A DNA stretch of 64,000 nt from a virus. The position numbers and the translations under genes are program-made. Where the stretch lies: the IMG/VR virus record IMGVR_UViG_3300027754_000042; one strand, written 5' to 3'. Below, in pieces: positions 27,985 to 37,482 of the stretch. How positions within the stretch are numbered: position 1 is the stretch's first letter; each line of letters opens with the position of its first letter. The notes under the pieces are model-generated. The model saw only the letters and a program-made list of their open reading frames with translations. It was not told the origin of the DNA and did not search any database.

Positions 27985-28368
27985 ATGGCTAGTCCTTTTG
28001 ATTATGTAAACTCGATTATGAAGCCAAAACAACCAAACATGATGCGCGGACATGGAGAAGCAGAAGAGAAGGCTTATGTGCCTTTTCTCACTAACCGATC
28101 GCTGTCGTACCACCAAGACTGTGTACTGTATGCCAACGAGATGAACATGCGTGGGCATCTAGACAAATTACTCCAGTATGAGTATTTTATAAATATAATC
28201 AGGAAACAGAACCGTAAGTTTGCCAAGTGGCAAAAAGAAGAAAAGAACGATTCTGTCGACCTGGTTATGGAGTTCTTCGGCTATGGGCGTTCAGAAGCTA
28301 AACAAGCACTGACCGTATTGACACCCAGCCAAGTAGACCAGATCGGGTCGTTACTTGGCAAAAGGTGA
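27985..28368 (+). CDS. gp62: Clamp loader small subunit gp62
   Basis: Motifs PFDYVNSI, YVPFLTNRSLS and YANEMN; precedes regA. Confidence 0.9.
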   Translation: MASPFDYVNSIMKPKQPNMMRGHGEAEEKAYVPFLTNRSLSYHQDCVLYANEMNMRGHLDKLLQYEYFINIIRKQNRKFAKWQKEEKNDSVDLVMEFFGYGRSEAKQALTVLTPSQVDQIGSLLGKR

Positions 28369-28373
28369 ACACA

Positions 28374-28784
28374 ATGCAATCCATTATTGAATCCATGATT
28401 GAGGTACGACTAAAGACACCAGAAGATTTCCTAAAGATTCGCGAAACGCTCAGCCGCATCGGTGTCGCGTCCGCAGAAAAATCAACACTCTATCAATCTT
28501 GCCATATTTTCCACAAGCAGGGCCGCTACTATGTGGTTCACTTCAAGGAACTATTCGCGCTTGATGGCAAGCCAACCAACTTCTCTGATGATGATAAGGC
28601 TCGTCGAAACAAGATCGCTAATCTACTCGCTGAATGGGAGTTGATTGATCTCGTCGATCCTAAAGCATCGGAAGACCCTATTGCTTCATTAAATCAAATC
28701 AAAATTCTCACACACAAGGAGAAGAGTGATTGGAAACTGGAAGCTAAATACAACATCGGTAAGAACCGCGGAAAGGTCGCTTGA
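28374..28784 (+). CDS. regA: Translational repressor RegA
   Basis: DFLKIRETLSRIG and LYQSCHIFHKQGRYYVVHFKELFALDG. Confidence 0.97.
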   Translation: MQSIIESMIEVRLKTPEDFLKIRETLSRIGVASAEKSTLYQSCHIFHKQGRYYVVHFKELFALDGKPTNFSDDDKARRNKIANLLAEWELIDLVDPKASEDPIASLNQIKILTHKEKSDWKLEAKYNIGKNRGKVA

Positions 28785-28847
28785 TCGACGCAGCTTCTAC
28801 CCTCTTGAATTTATGTGTAGTGTTGGGGGTATATCTCCTTCGCTACA

Positions 28848-28855
28848 TATAAATA
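28848..28855 (+). promoter_or_regulatory. T4-type late promoter upstream of hsp20
   Basis: TATAAATA. Confidence 0.65.
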
Positions 28856-28860
28856 AAACC

Positions 28861-28914
28861 GTGATGCCCTCGGGGTCACATAATCAACCTTGCCTAATAG
28901 GAGGTCATACTATG
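28861..28914 (+). promoter_or_regulatory. ROSE-like RNA thermometer in the hsp20 5' UTR
   Basis: Hairpin GTGATGCCC/GGGGTCAC, then ACCTTGCCT-AAT-AGGAGGT pairing the SD with a bulged G. Confidence 0.6.
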
Positions 28915-29367
28915 ACTAAGAACGACTACGCACAAATCCCATCTCCATTCGCATCTTTCGATCCTTTCTCTGTCGGCTTCGACAAGACATTTAAGCTGCT
29001 ATCTTCGCAGTTGGATGGCATCGGTAAGAACCTTCCTGGATATCCACCTTACAATATCAAGAAGGTCGATGATAACAAGTATGTTATCGAAATGGCTGTC
29101 GCGGGATTCGCAAAGACAGATATCGAGCTGACTCTCGATGGTGGTAAGCTAACCATCGCTGGTAAGACTAAAGACTCCAGTGATATGGATAAGGCTACCG
29201 AATTCTACTACTACAAGGGAATTGCAGAGCGTGCCTTCAATCGCACATTCACTCTTGCTGATACTGTAGTGGTAAACAATGCCGAATTGATGAACGGCAT
29301 TCTCAAGGTGTGGTTGGAAAACTTTATCCCTGAGAACCAGAAGCCTAAGAACATCAAGATCGACTAA
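28912..29367 (+). CDS. Small heat shock protein (Hsp20/IbpA-like)
   Basis: Motifs YPPYNI, IEMAVAGF, KGIAERAFNRTFTLA and NGILKVWL. Confidence 0.95.
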   Translation: MTKNDYAQIPSPFASFDPFSVGFDKTFKLLSSQLDGIGKNLPGYPPYNIKKVDDNKYVIEMAVAGFAKTDIELTLDGGKLTIAGKTKDSSDMDKATEFYYYKGIAERAFNRTFTLADTVVVNNAELMNGILKVWLENFIPENQKPKNIKID

Positions 29368-29396
29368 TTACAACCCATTGAATCCTACATCATGCA

Positions 29397-29427
29397 AGCG
29401 AGCTGGGAAACTGGCTCGCTATTATTG
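29397..29427 (+). terminator. Hairpin / terminator after hsp20
   Basis: AGCGAGCTGG-GAAA-CTGGCTCGCT. Confidence 0.65.
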
Positions 29428-29442
29428 TTCGGAGAAAGACAA

Positions 29443-29607
29443 ATGCAAAATATTTTTAACTTAATCGCAAAGAAAGTAGAAGACACACGCCGCTACTACA
29501 AGGCGTTGAATGAATTGAATCGTCTATCGGATAGAGAACTATCTGACATTGGATTATATCGTGGTGAAATTCCTATGGTTGCTATGACGGTACTAAATAG
29601 AAAGTAA
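29443..29607 (+). CDS. DUF1127 family small protein
   Basis: RR...ELNRLSDRELSDIGLYRGEI signature. Confidence 0.88.
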   Translation: MQNIFNLIAKKVEDTRRYYKALNELNRLSDRELSDIGLYRGEIPMVAMTVLNRK

Positions 29608-29624
29608 CTCAATAAGGAGTGACT

Positions 29625-30242
29625 ATGGCTATTACATTCGAACAGTTGAATGAGTTCTTCGAAGATACGGGCGAAGATGTTATTCAGAAATATGTGGAAC
29701 CTCTAAATGAGGTTATGGATTTTTATGAAATCAACACCCCTCAACGTATCTCAATGTTCCTTGCTCAGGTAGGCCATGAATCTGGTGGACTAAGAACGAT
29801 CAAGGAAAATCTAAACTATTCAGCAGATCGCTTGAAGGTAATTTTCCCTAAGTATTTTCGTGGAGTAGATACAGCACCGTTCGCTAAGAACCCACAGAAA
29901 ATTGCCAATCGTGTCTATGCTTCGCGCATGGGTAACGGTGATGAAGCATCAGGAGATGGGTATCGCTACTGCGGACGTGGGCTTATCCAATTGACAGGCA
30001 AATCAAATTATGAAGCTTTTGCCAAAGACATGGGGTGGCCACTAGAAGAAGCAACCGAGTGGTTGAGTACAGAAGAAGGAGCTGCGTGGAGTGCTGGATG
30101 GTTCTGGGACTCGCGTGAACTAAACAATTGGGCTGATAAAGGTGACGTTGTTAATGTAACTAAAAAAATCAATGGTGGTACCATTGGACTTGAAGATCGT
30201 AAATCTCATTATGCTGCTGCCCTGGAGATATTCACAGCATAA
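29625..30242 (+). CDS. Endolysin, glycoside hydrolase family 19
   Basis: Motifs FLAQVGHESGG, ENLNYS, GRGLIQLTGK and INGGTIGLEDR. Confidence 0.92.
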   Translation: MAITFEQLNEFFEDTGEDVIQKYVEPLNEVMDFYEINTPQRISMFLAQVGHESGGLRTIKENLNYSADRLKVIFPKYFRGVDTAPFAKNPQKIANRVYASRMGNGDEASGDGYRYCGRGLIQLTGKSNYEAFAKDMGWPLEEATEWLSTEEGAAWSAGWFWDSRELNNWADKGDVVNVTKKINGGTIGLEDRKSHYAAALEIFTA

Positions 30243-30251
30243 GGAAATGCG

Positions 30252-30713
30252 ATGCCTAAATTTACAGTAGAAACGGATGAACCTAAACCAGCAATGGATC
30301 AGATTCCCCCTGCAACTAAAGGAGCAGGCGCTTCAATCCAGACTACATATATCGACTCAACCCCTAGAGCAGGTGCACCATCAGCCCCACAGTTATCCGA
30401 AGCAGCTCAGCTTGCTAAGATTGAACTGGAAAAGAAACAGTGGGAAGCAGAGAACGCAAAGCAGAATGAAGACTGGATGGTCAAGAAGTGGCGACCCGCA
30501 ATGGGTTGGTGCTACATGGTCATTTGTTGTTTAGACATGGCTATATTCCCAATCATGTGGAATGTGATTCAAGTTATGATGAAGCAACCACTAACCCAAT
30601 GGAATCCACTTACGCTGCAAGGCGCTGGTTTGTTCCATCTAGCAATGGGTGCAGTTCTTGGTATCTCTGCTTGGTCAAGAGGACAAGAGAAAATGCAAGG
30701 TGTAACAAAATAA
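30252..30713 (+). CDS. Putative holin (GTA 3TM-type)
   Basis: WRPAMGW motif and hydrophobic helices; adjacent to the endolysin. Confidence 0.7.
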   Translation: MPKFTVETDEPKPAMDQIPPATKGAGASIQTTYIDSTPRAGAPSAPQLSEAAQLAKIELEKKQWEAENAKQNEDWMVKKWRPAMGWCYMVICCLDMAIFPIMWNVIQVMMKQPLTQWNPLTLQGAGLFHLAMGAVLGISAWSRGQEKMQGVTK

Positions 30714-30723
30714 GGATTTTAAA

Positions 30724-31035
30724 ATGAATGATGATGTTGAAAGTGTGATGGTCGTTAGGTTTTTCACTGGCGATGAAGTGATTGGTAAAGTGAGTGCGTT
30801 TGGTCAGCATAATATTGTAATCAAAAAGCCCGCCGCTATTGTGATGCAACAGGGCACAAATGGTAAAGCCAGTATGGGCCTTCTTGATTACCTACCAATG
30901 GCAAAGAGTAAAGAGATTGTGGTTAGTTCGTCCAATATTCTCTTTGTCTATGAGCCAATGCTTGATGTTGAAAATGCTTACAACACCTCATTTGGTTCTG
31001 GATTGGTATTGCCGAAAAGCGGGTTGACATTTTGA
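30724..31035 (+). CDS. Conserved T4-like hypothetical protein (Sm-like)
   Basis: TGDEVIG...YNTSFGSGLVLP; usual position before gp43. Confidence 0.65.
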   Translation: MNDDVESVMVVRFFTGDEVIGKVSAFGQHNIVIKKPAAIVMQQGTNGKASMGLLDYLPMAKSKEIVVSSSNILFVYEPMLDVENAYNTSFGSGLVLPKSGLTF

Positions 31036-31052
31036 TGACGATGGTGTACTAT
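31024..31052 (+). promoter_or_regulatory. Sigma70 promoter of DNA polymerase (likely leaderless)
   Basis: TTGACA-N17-TACTAT ending 5 nt before ATG 31058. Confidence 0.75.
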
Positions 31053-31057
31053 ACACC

Positions 31058-33589
31058 ATGAGCAAATTTTACACCAATGCGATGCAGTTCGGCAACAACA
31101 TCTTGGTTCGCGGTTACGACCGCGGGCTACAGTTCAACGAAAAGATTCCCTACAAGCCCACGATGTTTGTCCAGTCAAAGCATGAGAATGCAAGCTGGAC
31201 CGACATTCGTGGGCTTTCGCTTGAGCCAATCCAATTTGAATCCATCAATGAAGCTAAGGACTTTCTCAAGCAATATGAAGACGTAACCAATTTCAATATC
31301 TTTGGTCTACAGCGGTTCGTCTACACATACCTGAATGAAGAATATCCAACCGATGTGCCATATGATCGTGACCAAATCAAGGTCGCATATCTTGATATCG
31401 AAGTAAGTTCTGAGAATGGTTTTCCTGCGGTAGAGCGAGCATCGGATACCGTCACAGCCATCACGTTGAAGAAAGGCCCGATCTTTCATGTGTTTGGTTT
31501 AAAGCCATACACACCAACACGCAATGACGTTTTCTACCATCACTGTGTCAACGAAAAAGAATTGCTCATTCGTTTTCTGAGTGAGTGGGCGCACGATGGT
31601 TATCCCGATATCGTCACTGGTTGGAATATCACATGGTTTGATATTCCTTATCTTGCCAAACGTATGACAACGGTCATTGGTGAAAGTGAAATGAAGCGCC
31701 TCTCACCATGGAAAAATGTCCGTGAGAGACGAGTTCAAATGACATTCAACAAGGTGCAGGTTGCATATGATATTGGTGGTGTGGCTACACTTGATTATCT
31801 TGAGATGTATAAGAAATTCACATACTCTCAGCAGGAATCATATCGTCTTGACCATATTGCATTCGTTGAACTTGGTGAGAAGAAACTAGACCATTCTGAA
31901 TTTGAGACACTCCACGAATTCTACATGAAAGATCATACTAAGTTTATTGACTACAATATCATCGACGTGGAACTTATCGTGAAGATGGACGATAAGATGA
32001 AACTAATTGATATGGCCCTCGCGCTCGCGTATGACGCGAAAGTTACCATCGCGGACGTGTTCACGCAGGTGCGTATGTGGGATGTTATCACGCACAACCA
32101 TTTGTGGAAGAAGAGAATCGCAGTACCACTCAACGGTGGTGGTAGCAAGGACGAAGTGTTTGTTGGTGCGTATGTGAAAGACCCACAGGTTGGTTCGCAC
32201 TCATGGGTCATGTCTTTTGATTTGAACAGTCTGTATCCACATTTGATTATGCAGTATAACATTTCACCTGAAACCATTCATGTGAACGCGAAAGGCTATG
32301 CAATCCAAGCAGACGTTACGATTGATGATCTGCTTGCTGGTAATATGCCAGAAGTGCCTGATGGTTATGGCCTTGCAGCTAACGGTTGTTTCTTTAGTAA
32401 AGCGAAGCAAGGGTTCTTGCCTACGATTATGCAACGCATGTACAATGACCGTGTGGTGTATAAGGACAAGATGATCCTTGCTCAAAAGGCCTACGAGAAT
32501 GCAAAGACCGAAGCTGAGAAAAAACAGGCTGTTAAAGATATCTCACGCTACAAGAATATGCAGCTTGCAAAGAAAGTACAGTTGAACTCCGCATATGGCG
32601 CTATCGGTAATCAGCATTTCCGTTTCTTTGATATTGACCAAGCTACCGCTATCACTCTTGGTGGGCAACTATCAATTCGTTGGGCTGAAAATGAAATGAA
32701 TAAGTATCTCAACAAATTATTGAAGACGGAGGATTATGATTATGTTATTGCGTCTGATACAGATTCGCTTTATATTAGCTTTGATAAATTGGTACATAGC
32801 GTCTTTGAAAAGAGAATTGAGGCTGAAGGGCTTACTCCGGAACTCAAAGAAAAGATCATTAACTTTCTTGATAAGGTGGCTAGTGATAAAATGGAACCAG
32901 TTATTGATCGCATCTATCAGGATCTTGCTGAACGTATGTGTGCCTTCCAGCAAAAAATGAATATGAAGCGCGAAGTAATTGCAGACCGTGGCATCTGGAC
33001 CGCAAAGAAGCGATACATTCTCAATGTCCATGATTCCGAAGGTGTGCGATATGCTAAGCCAAAATTAAAAATCATGGGTATGGAAGCTGTAAAGTCCTCA
33101 ACACCAGCAGCTTGCCGCACGGCTATTAAAGATGTTCTTAACATCGTTATGACACAGAGCGAAGATGACCTGCATAGGTACATTGAAAAGTTCCGTAAAG
33201 AGTTTTGCAAGTTACCATTTGAAGATATTGCATTCCCTCGCAGTGTCCAGAACCTCACTAAATATCAGTACGAGACAAAAGGCGTTCCCATGCATGTGCG
33301 TGGTGCTATCGTATTCAATAAGAAGCTGCAACAGATGAAGCTTACGAAAAAATACGAGCAAATCAAAGACGGTGAAAAGATCCGCTTTGCTTATATGAAG
33401 ATGCCAAATCCTATCCATGAGAATGTGATTGCCGTAATCTCTCAGTTGCCACCTGAGTTTAAATTAAACGCATATATTGACTATGATATGCAATTTGATA
33501 AGGCATTTCTCGATCCACTTCGCACTATTCTTAACACCATTAATTGGCACACCGAAAAACAATCCACACTGGAGGCATTCTTCACATGA
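31058..33589 (+). CDS. gp43: Family B DNA polymerase gp43
   Basis: Motifs LDIEV (exonuclease), FDLNSLYP, KVQLNSAYG, SDTDS and KKRY; no intein seen. Confidence 0.98.
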   Translation: MSKFYTNAMQFGNNILVRGYDRGLQFNEKIPYKPTMFVQSKHENASWTDIRGLSLEPIQFESINEAKDFLKQYEDVTNFNIFGLQRFVYTYLNEEYPTDVPYDRDQIKVAYLDIEVSSENGFPAVERASDTVTAITLKKGPIFHVFGLKPYTPTRNDVFYHHCVNEKELLIRFLSEWAHDGYPDIVTGWNITWFDIPYLAKRMTTVIGESEMKRLSPWKNVRERRVQMTFNKVQVAYDIGGVATLDYLEMYKKFTYSQQESYRLDHIAFVELGEKKLDHSEFETLHEFYMKDHTKFIDYNIIDVELIVKMDDKMKLIDMALALAYDAKVTIADVFTQVRMWDVITHNHLWKKRIAVPLNGGGSKDEVFVGAYVKDPQVGSHSWVMSFDLNSLYPHLIMQYNISPETIHVNAKGYAIQADVTIDDLLAGNMPEVPDGYGLAANGCFFSKAKQGFLPTIMQRMYNDRVVYKDKMILAQKAYENAKTEAEKKQAVKDISRYKNMQLAKKVQLNSAYGAIGNQHFRFFDIDQATAITLGGQLSIRWAENEMNKYLNKLLKTEDYDYVIASDTDSLYISFDKLVHSVFEKRIEAEGLTPELKEKIINFLDKVASDKMEPVIDRIYQDLAERMCAFQQKMNMKREVIADRGIWTAKKRYILNVHDSEGVRYAKPKLKIMGMEAVKSSTPAACRTAIKDVLNIVMTQSEDDLHRYIEKFRKEFCKLPFEDIAFPRSVQNLTKYQYETKGVPMHVRGAIVFNKKLQQMKLTKKYEQIKDGEKIRFAYMKMPNPIHENVIAVISQLPPEFKLNAYIDYDMQFDKAFLDPLRTILNTINWHTEKQSTLEAFFT

Positions 33590-33801
33590 AAGACGACGAA
33601 TACGATTTTGGCTTTACATTTTCTGACACCGAAGAAATTAAAAGTCAGGCTGTTGACAAGGCAGAAGGCTTGCGTAAGATGATTATGCCATTGCTGAATA
33701 ACTTGATGAAGAATCCTGAAAAGGATACCATCGTATGGCCTAACCGGGATAAGACAATCAAAACTTTCATCAAGAAGATGGATGACTACATGAAGTCCTG
33801 A
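33586..33801 (+). CDS. Conserved hypothetical protein
   Basis: DFGFTF...IMPLLNNLMKNPEKDTIVWPNR; ATGA overlap with the gp43 stop. Confidence 0.7.
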   Translation: MKDDEYDFGFTFSDTEEIKSQAVDKAEGLRKMIMPLLNNLMKNPEKDTIVWPNRDKTIKTFIKKMDDYMKS

Positions 33802-33812
33802 AGGGCAATCGT

Positions 33813-34397
33813 ATGACACAACTCTGGAGCATAGATTATAATGATTATACAAAAAATAAAGATTTAAAATGGCAGCATTGTTCCAGAACAAATAGATATG
33901 TTTATGTCACGCCTAATGGCATAAAAGATATCTACAACTTCTGTAAAATTTATAAAACTATATCAATTTTAGATTATGGATGTGGCTTTGATTATAGCTA
34001 TGCAAAAGATGGATCGCATCAAAAAAAAATTACTGATAATATCAATGTTACTAGATATGACCCCTTTATCGAAGAATATTCTATTCAGCCTTCACAAGCT
34101 TCAGATATCGTAGTATGCAATAATGTATTAAACGCGATTGAACCTGATTTTTTTGATGAGGTTATGAAAAACATTTATAATTTGACAAACAAGGCCGTAA
34201 TATGTAACATAATTGTTCCCGGGATGCACATATCAACAGCCGAAGAATTTATCAAGAAAATAGCAAAAAGTAAATTCACGATCAAAGAATTTACATATAA
34301 AACTCTAAATGAATGGAAAAATATCGTGGGCTACGCCACCCACGATTCTGATAATGATAGCAATGAAAAAGTTTTGTATATGTTGCTAGAAAAATAA
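33813..34397 (+). CDS. Class I SAM-dependent methyltransferase-like protein
   Basis: Motifs ILDYGCG, YDPF and DIVVCNNVL; visibly AT-rich. Confidence 0.7.
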   Translation: MTQLWSIDYNDYTKNKDLKWQHCSRTNRYVYVTPNGIKDIYNFCKIYKTISILDYGCGFDYSYAKDGSHQKKITDNINVTRYDPFIEEYSIQPSQASDIVVCNNVLNAIEPDFFDEVMKNIYNLTNKAVICNIIVPGMHISTAEEFIKKIAKSKFTIKEFTYKTLNEWKNIVGYATHDSDNDSNEKVLYMLLEK

Positions 34398-34403
34398 TTG
34401 TGG

Positions 34404-34432
34404 TTGACAATCTAATAAACTTGTGATATGAT
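34404..34432 (+). promoter_or_regulatory. Sigma70 promoter of uvsX
   Basis: TTGACA-N17-TATGAT with extended TG. Confidence 0.75.
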
Positions 34433-34453
34433 GTTTATATTAATGGAGGTAAT

Positions 34454-35506
34454 ATGTCACTCAAAGATAAGCTAATCAAAAATTCTACAATCGCTTTCAC
34501 GTCCACATTGGCTGATAGCAAAATCTTCGCGAAGAAGGATATGATTCCTACTTCTGTTCCCATGATTAACGTAGCACTATCTGGCAGCGTTGATGGCGGT
34601 ATTGTACCAGGCCTTACAATGCTCGCTGGTCCATCAAAGCATTTCAAGACTGGCTTTGCTTTGCTTATGGCTTCATCGTTTCTAAAGAAGTATCCTGATG
34701 GTATCGTACTGTTTTATGATTCTGAGTTTGGTACTCCTCAGTCTTATTTTGAAACATTTGGTATTCCGTTTGATAGTGTGGTGCATACACCGATCACTGA
34801 TATCGAGGAACTAAAGTTTGATATCATGCAGCAAATGAAAGAGATTACTCGCGACGAACATGTTATGATTGTTATTGATTCTATTGGTAATCTTGCATCA
34901 AAGAAAGAAGTGGACGATGCGCTAGACGGTAAGTCGGTCGCTGATATGTCCAGAGCAAAGCAGTTGAAGTCTTTGTTCCGTATGATTACGCCACACTTGA
35001 CGCTCAAGGATATGCCTATGATCGTCGTCAATCATACCTATAAAGAGATCGGTCTATATCCAAAAGATATCGTTGGCGGTGGTACCGGCTCGTACTATTC
35101 ATCCGATGCTATTTGGATTCTTGGTCGTCAGCAAGACAAGGACGGTACTGAGATCCAAGGTTACCATTTCGTTATCAATGTTGAGAAGTCGCGCTATGTC
35201 AAAGAGAAGTCCAAGATCCCAATTACCGTCTCTTTCGAAGGTGGTATTAATCGTTGGTCAGGCCTCCTTGATGTTGCTCTCGACGGCGGTTATATTATTA
35301 AGCCTAAGAATGGATGGTATGCAACAGTCGATAAGGAAACTGGAGAAGTCCATACACCAAACTTCCGAGCAGGAGATATTGTCAACAACAAAGAGTTTTG
35401 GCTAAAAATGTTCAAGGAAACGGATTTCTCTCAGTACATTGAAAGCAAGTACAAGATGGCTATGGGTGCTATCATGGAAGATAGTGGTGATGACGATGCC
35501 GAATAA
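34454..35506 (+). CDS. uvsX: RecA-like recombinase UvsX
   Basis: Motifs AGPSKHFKT, FYDSEFG and IDSIGNLASKKE. Confidence 0.97.
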   Translation: MSLKDKLIKNSTIAFTSTLADSKIFAKKDMIPTSVPMINVALSGSVDGGIVPGLTMLAGPSKHFKTGFALLMASSFLKKYPDGIVLFYDSEFGTPQSYFETFGIPFDSVVHTPITDIEELKFDIMQQMKEITRDEHVMIVIDSIGNLASKKEVDDALDGKSVADMSRAKQLKSLFRMITPHLTLKDMPMIVVNHTYKEIGLYPKDIVGGGTGSYYSSDAIWILGRQQDKDGTEIQGYHFVINVEKSRYVKEKSKIPITVSFEGGINRWSGLLDVALDGGYIIKPKNGWYATVDKETGEVHTPNFRAGDIVNNKEFWLKMFKETDFSQYIESKYKMAMGAIMEDSGDDDAE

Positions 35507-35870
35507 TGTTATTGACAATCCCGTTGCACCACGCTATAATCACTTAGATCATCCAAGCGTACAGAATTTCACATGCATCCATGTTCAAGATGGTGAGTTC
35601 GAAGGTTTGGTATATCACTATGAGAACCTAAAGATTGGCGCACCAGATGAAGAAGGTGCATTGCTTACCTTCAATTATCATATCGTTGAAGGTTCAACAC
35701 CGGAAGATCCTGAAGTGAAGCGCCGTATGGAAGATGTTATTGCTTCCATCATTTATCATATTTTATCTGACAGTGTAGGGAAGATTGGATCCGATGAGAA
35801 TAGAACAGACAATCCTGAAGAATCTGGTGCACAACGAGGACTTCGCACGGAAGACCCTGCCGTTTCTTAA
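35496..35870 (+). CDS. Hypothetical protein at the gp40 position
   Basis: Lies between uvsX and gp41; GEFEGLVYHY...LTFNY; overlaps the 5' end of gp41. Confidence 0.55.
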   Translation: MPNNVIDNPVAPRYNHLDHPSVQNFTCIHVQDGEFEGLVYHYENLKIGAPDEEGALLTFNYHIVEGSTPEDPEVKRRMEDVIASIIYHILSDSVGKIGSDENRTDNPEESGAQRGLRTEDPAVS

Positions 35871-37215
35871 AGACGAGTATTTTACCAATGGTAGTGAACG
35901 CGCGGTATTCCTGCGCGTTCATGATTTTATGATGAAGTATAATTCTAGGCCCACACGCGAAGCTCTTGCAGTTGAGTTGGACAATGCAACCAACATGCCA
36001 GAAGAAGAGCATAAGCGGGCTCTTGAGGTAGTTGCTAATCTTAGCGAACCAGAACCTACTGACATTCAATGGTTGCTTGACAACACCGAAAAGTTTTGCC
36101 AAGAGAAAGCTGTCCATAATGCAATCATGGAAAGCATTACCATTCTTGATGGTAAAGATAAGAACCGCTCGTCTAGTAGCATCCCTGAGATCCTATCAGA
36201 GGCCCTCGGCGTATCTTTTGATTCTCATGTTGGTCACGATTTCATCGAGGACTTCGGTGAGCGATATGATTTCTACCATCGCGTAGAAGAAAAGATTCCG
36301 TTTGATCTAGGTCTGATGAACGATATCACTCGTGGTGGTCTATCTCGTAAGTCTCTCAACATCATCCTCGCTGGCACCGGTGCTGGTAAAACTTTGATGA
36401 TGTGCCACTTCGCAGCAAATAATCTTGCGTCTGGTAAGAATGTTCTCTATATCACGATGGAAATGGCCGAAGAGAAAATCGCAGAGCGCATTGATGCCAA
36501 CCTGCTGAATGTGCCACTAGAAGACCTTGGGCAGCTACCGCGTGATATGTACGAAAAGAAGATTGAACGCCTTCGTGCGAAGACAACTGGTAAGCTTATC
36601 ATCAAGGAATATCCTACTGCATCCGCACACGCGGGACATTTTAGGCATCTCCTGAATGAGCTAAATCTAAAGCGAAATTTTATGCCAGATATCATCTATA
36701 TTGATTACCTGAATATCTGCATGTCCGCACGAATCAAACCTGGTGCAAATGTGAATAGTTATACATACATTAAGGCTATTGCAGAAGAGCTTCGTGGCCT
36801 TGCGGTAGAGAAAAATCTACCCATCGTATCAGCCACACAGACAACCAGGTCTGGCTATACTTCAAGCGATCCTGGGCTTGAAGATACATCTGAGTCGTTT
36901 GGTTTACCAGCCACGGCCGACTTTATGATTGCTCTTATCCGTACCGAAGACGCAGACGAGCGTGGGCAGGTAATGGTAAAGCAATTGAAGAACCGCTATG
37001 CTGATCCAGCTATCAATAAAAGGTTTATGCTTGGTATTGATAGAACCAAAATGCGTCTCTTTGACGCTGAGGATAGCGCACAGGATGATCTGATTGATGA
37101 TAGTCGTGGTGGTAAGACCAAGCGGTCTGACTCCGTAATGGACAACTCTAAGTTTGGTATGGAAGACCGTGAGCGTACCAAACCAAAGTCAAAGTTTGGT
37201 AATTTCAAATTCTAA
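35794..37215 (+). CDS. gp41: Replicative helicase gp41
   Basis: Motifs AGTGAGKT, YITMEMAEE, IDYLNI, ATQTTR and QLKNRY. Confidence 0.97.
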   Translation: MRIEQTILKNLVHNEDFARKTLPFLKDEYFTNGSERAVFLRVHDFMMKYNSRPTREALAVELDNATNMPEEEHKRALEVVANLSEPEPTDIQWLLDNTEKFCQEKAVHNAIMESITILDGKDKNRSSSSIPEILSEALGVSFDSHVGHDFIEDFGERYDFYHRVEEKIPFDLGLMNDITRGGLSRKSLNIILAGTGAGKTLMMCHFAANNLASGKNVLYITMEMAEEKIAERIDANLLNVPLEDLGQLPRDMYEKKIERLRAKTTGKLIIKEYPTASAHAGHFRHLLNELNLKRNFMPDIIYIDYLNICMSARIKPGANVNSYTYIKAIAEELRGLAVEKNLPIVSATQTTRSGYTSSDPGLEDTSESFGLPATADFMIALIRTEDADERGQVMVKQLKNRYADPAINKRFMLGIDRTKMRLFDAEDSAQDDLIDDSRGGKTKRSDSVMDNSKFGMEDRERTKPKSKFGNFKF

Positions 37216-37245
37216 ATAGATATTCGACGGCTGGAGAATTAAGTA

Positions 37246-37473
37246 ATGCAGATTAAGATGTTCACAAAGGACGTGTGCAGTTATTGTGCTGCGGCCAAAG
37301 ATTTCTTCAACGACCGCCATCTTGAGTTCACCGAGTTTAAGATTGGCAAACATATTACCCGTGAAGATTTCGTTAAGCAGTATCCTGACTATCGTACAGT
37401 ACCTCAGATTTTTATCAATGACGAACATGTTGGTGGTTACGACGATTTAGTTAAGGATCCTAGATTTAAATAG
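37246..37473 (+). CDS. Glutaredoxin
   Basis: Motifs CSYC, TVPQIFI and GGYDDL. Confidence 0.93.
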   Translation: MQIKMFTKDVCSYCAAAKDFFNDRHLEFTEFKIGKHITREDFVKQYPDYRTVPQIFINDEHVGGYDDLVKDPRFK

Positions 37474-37482
37474 GAGACTAAA

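Noticed and set aside
28726-28911. N-terminal extension of hsp20 and a possible sigma32 promoter (CTTGAA at 28804)
   Set aside because: A strong SD supports ATG 28912, and there is no correctly spaced sigma32 -10 element.
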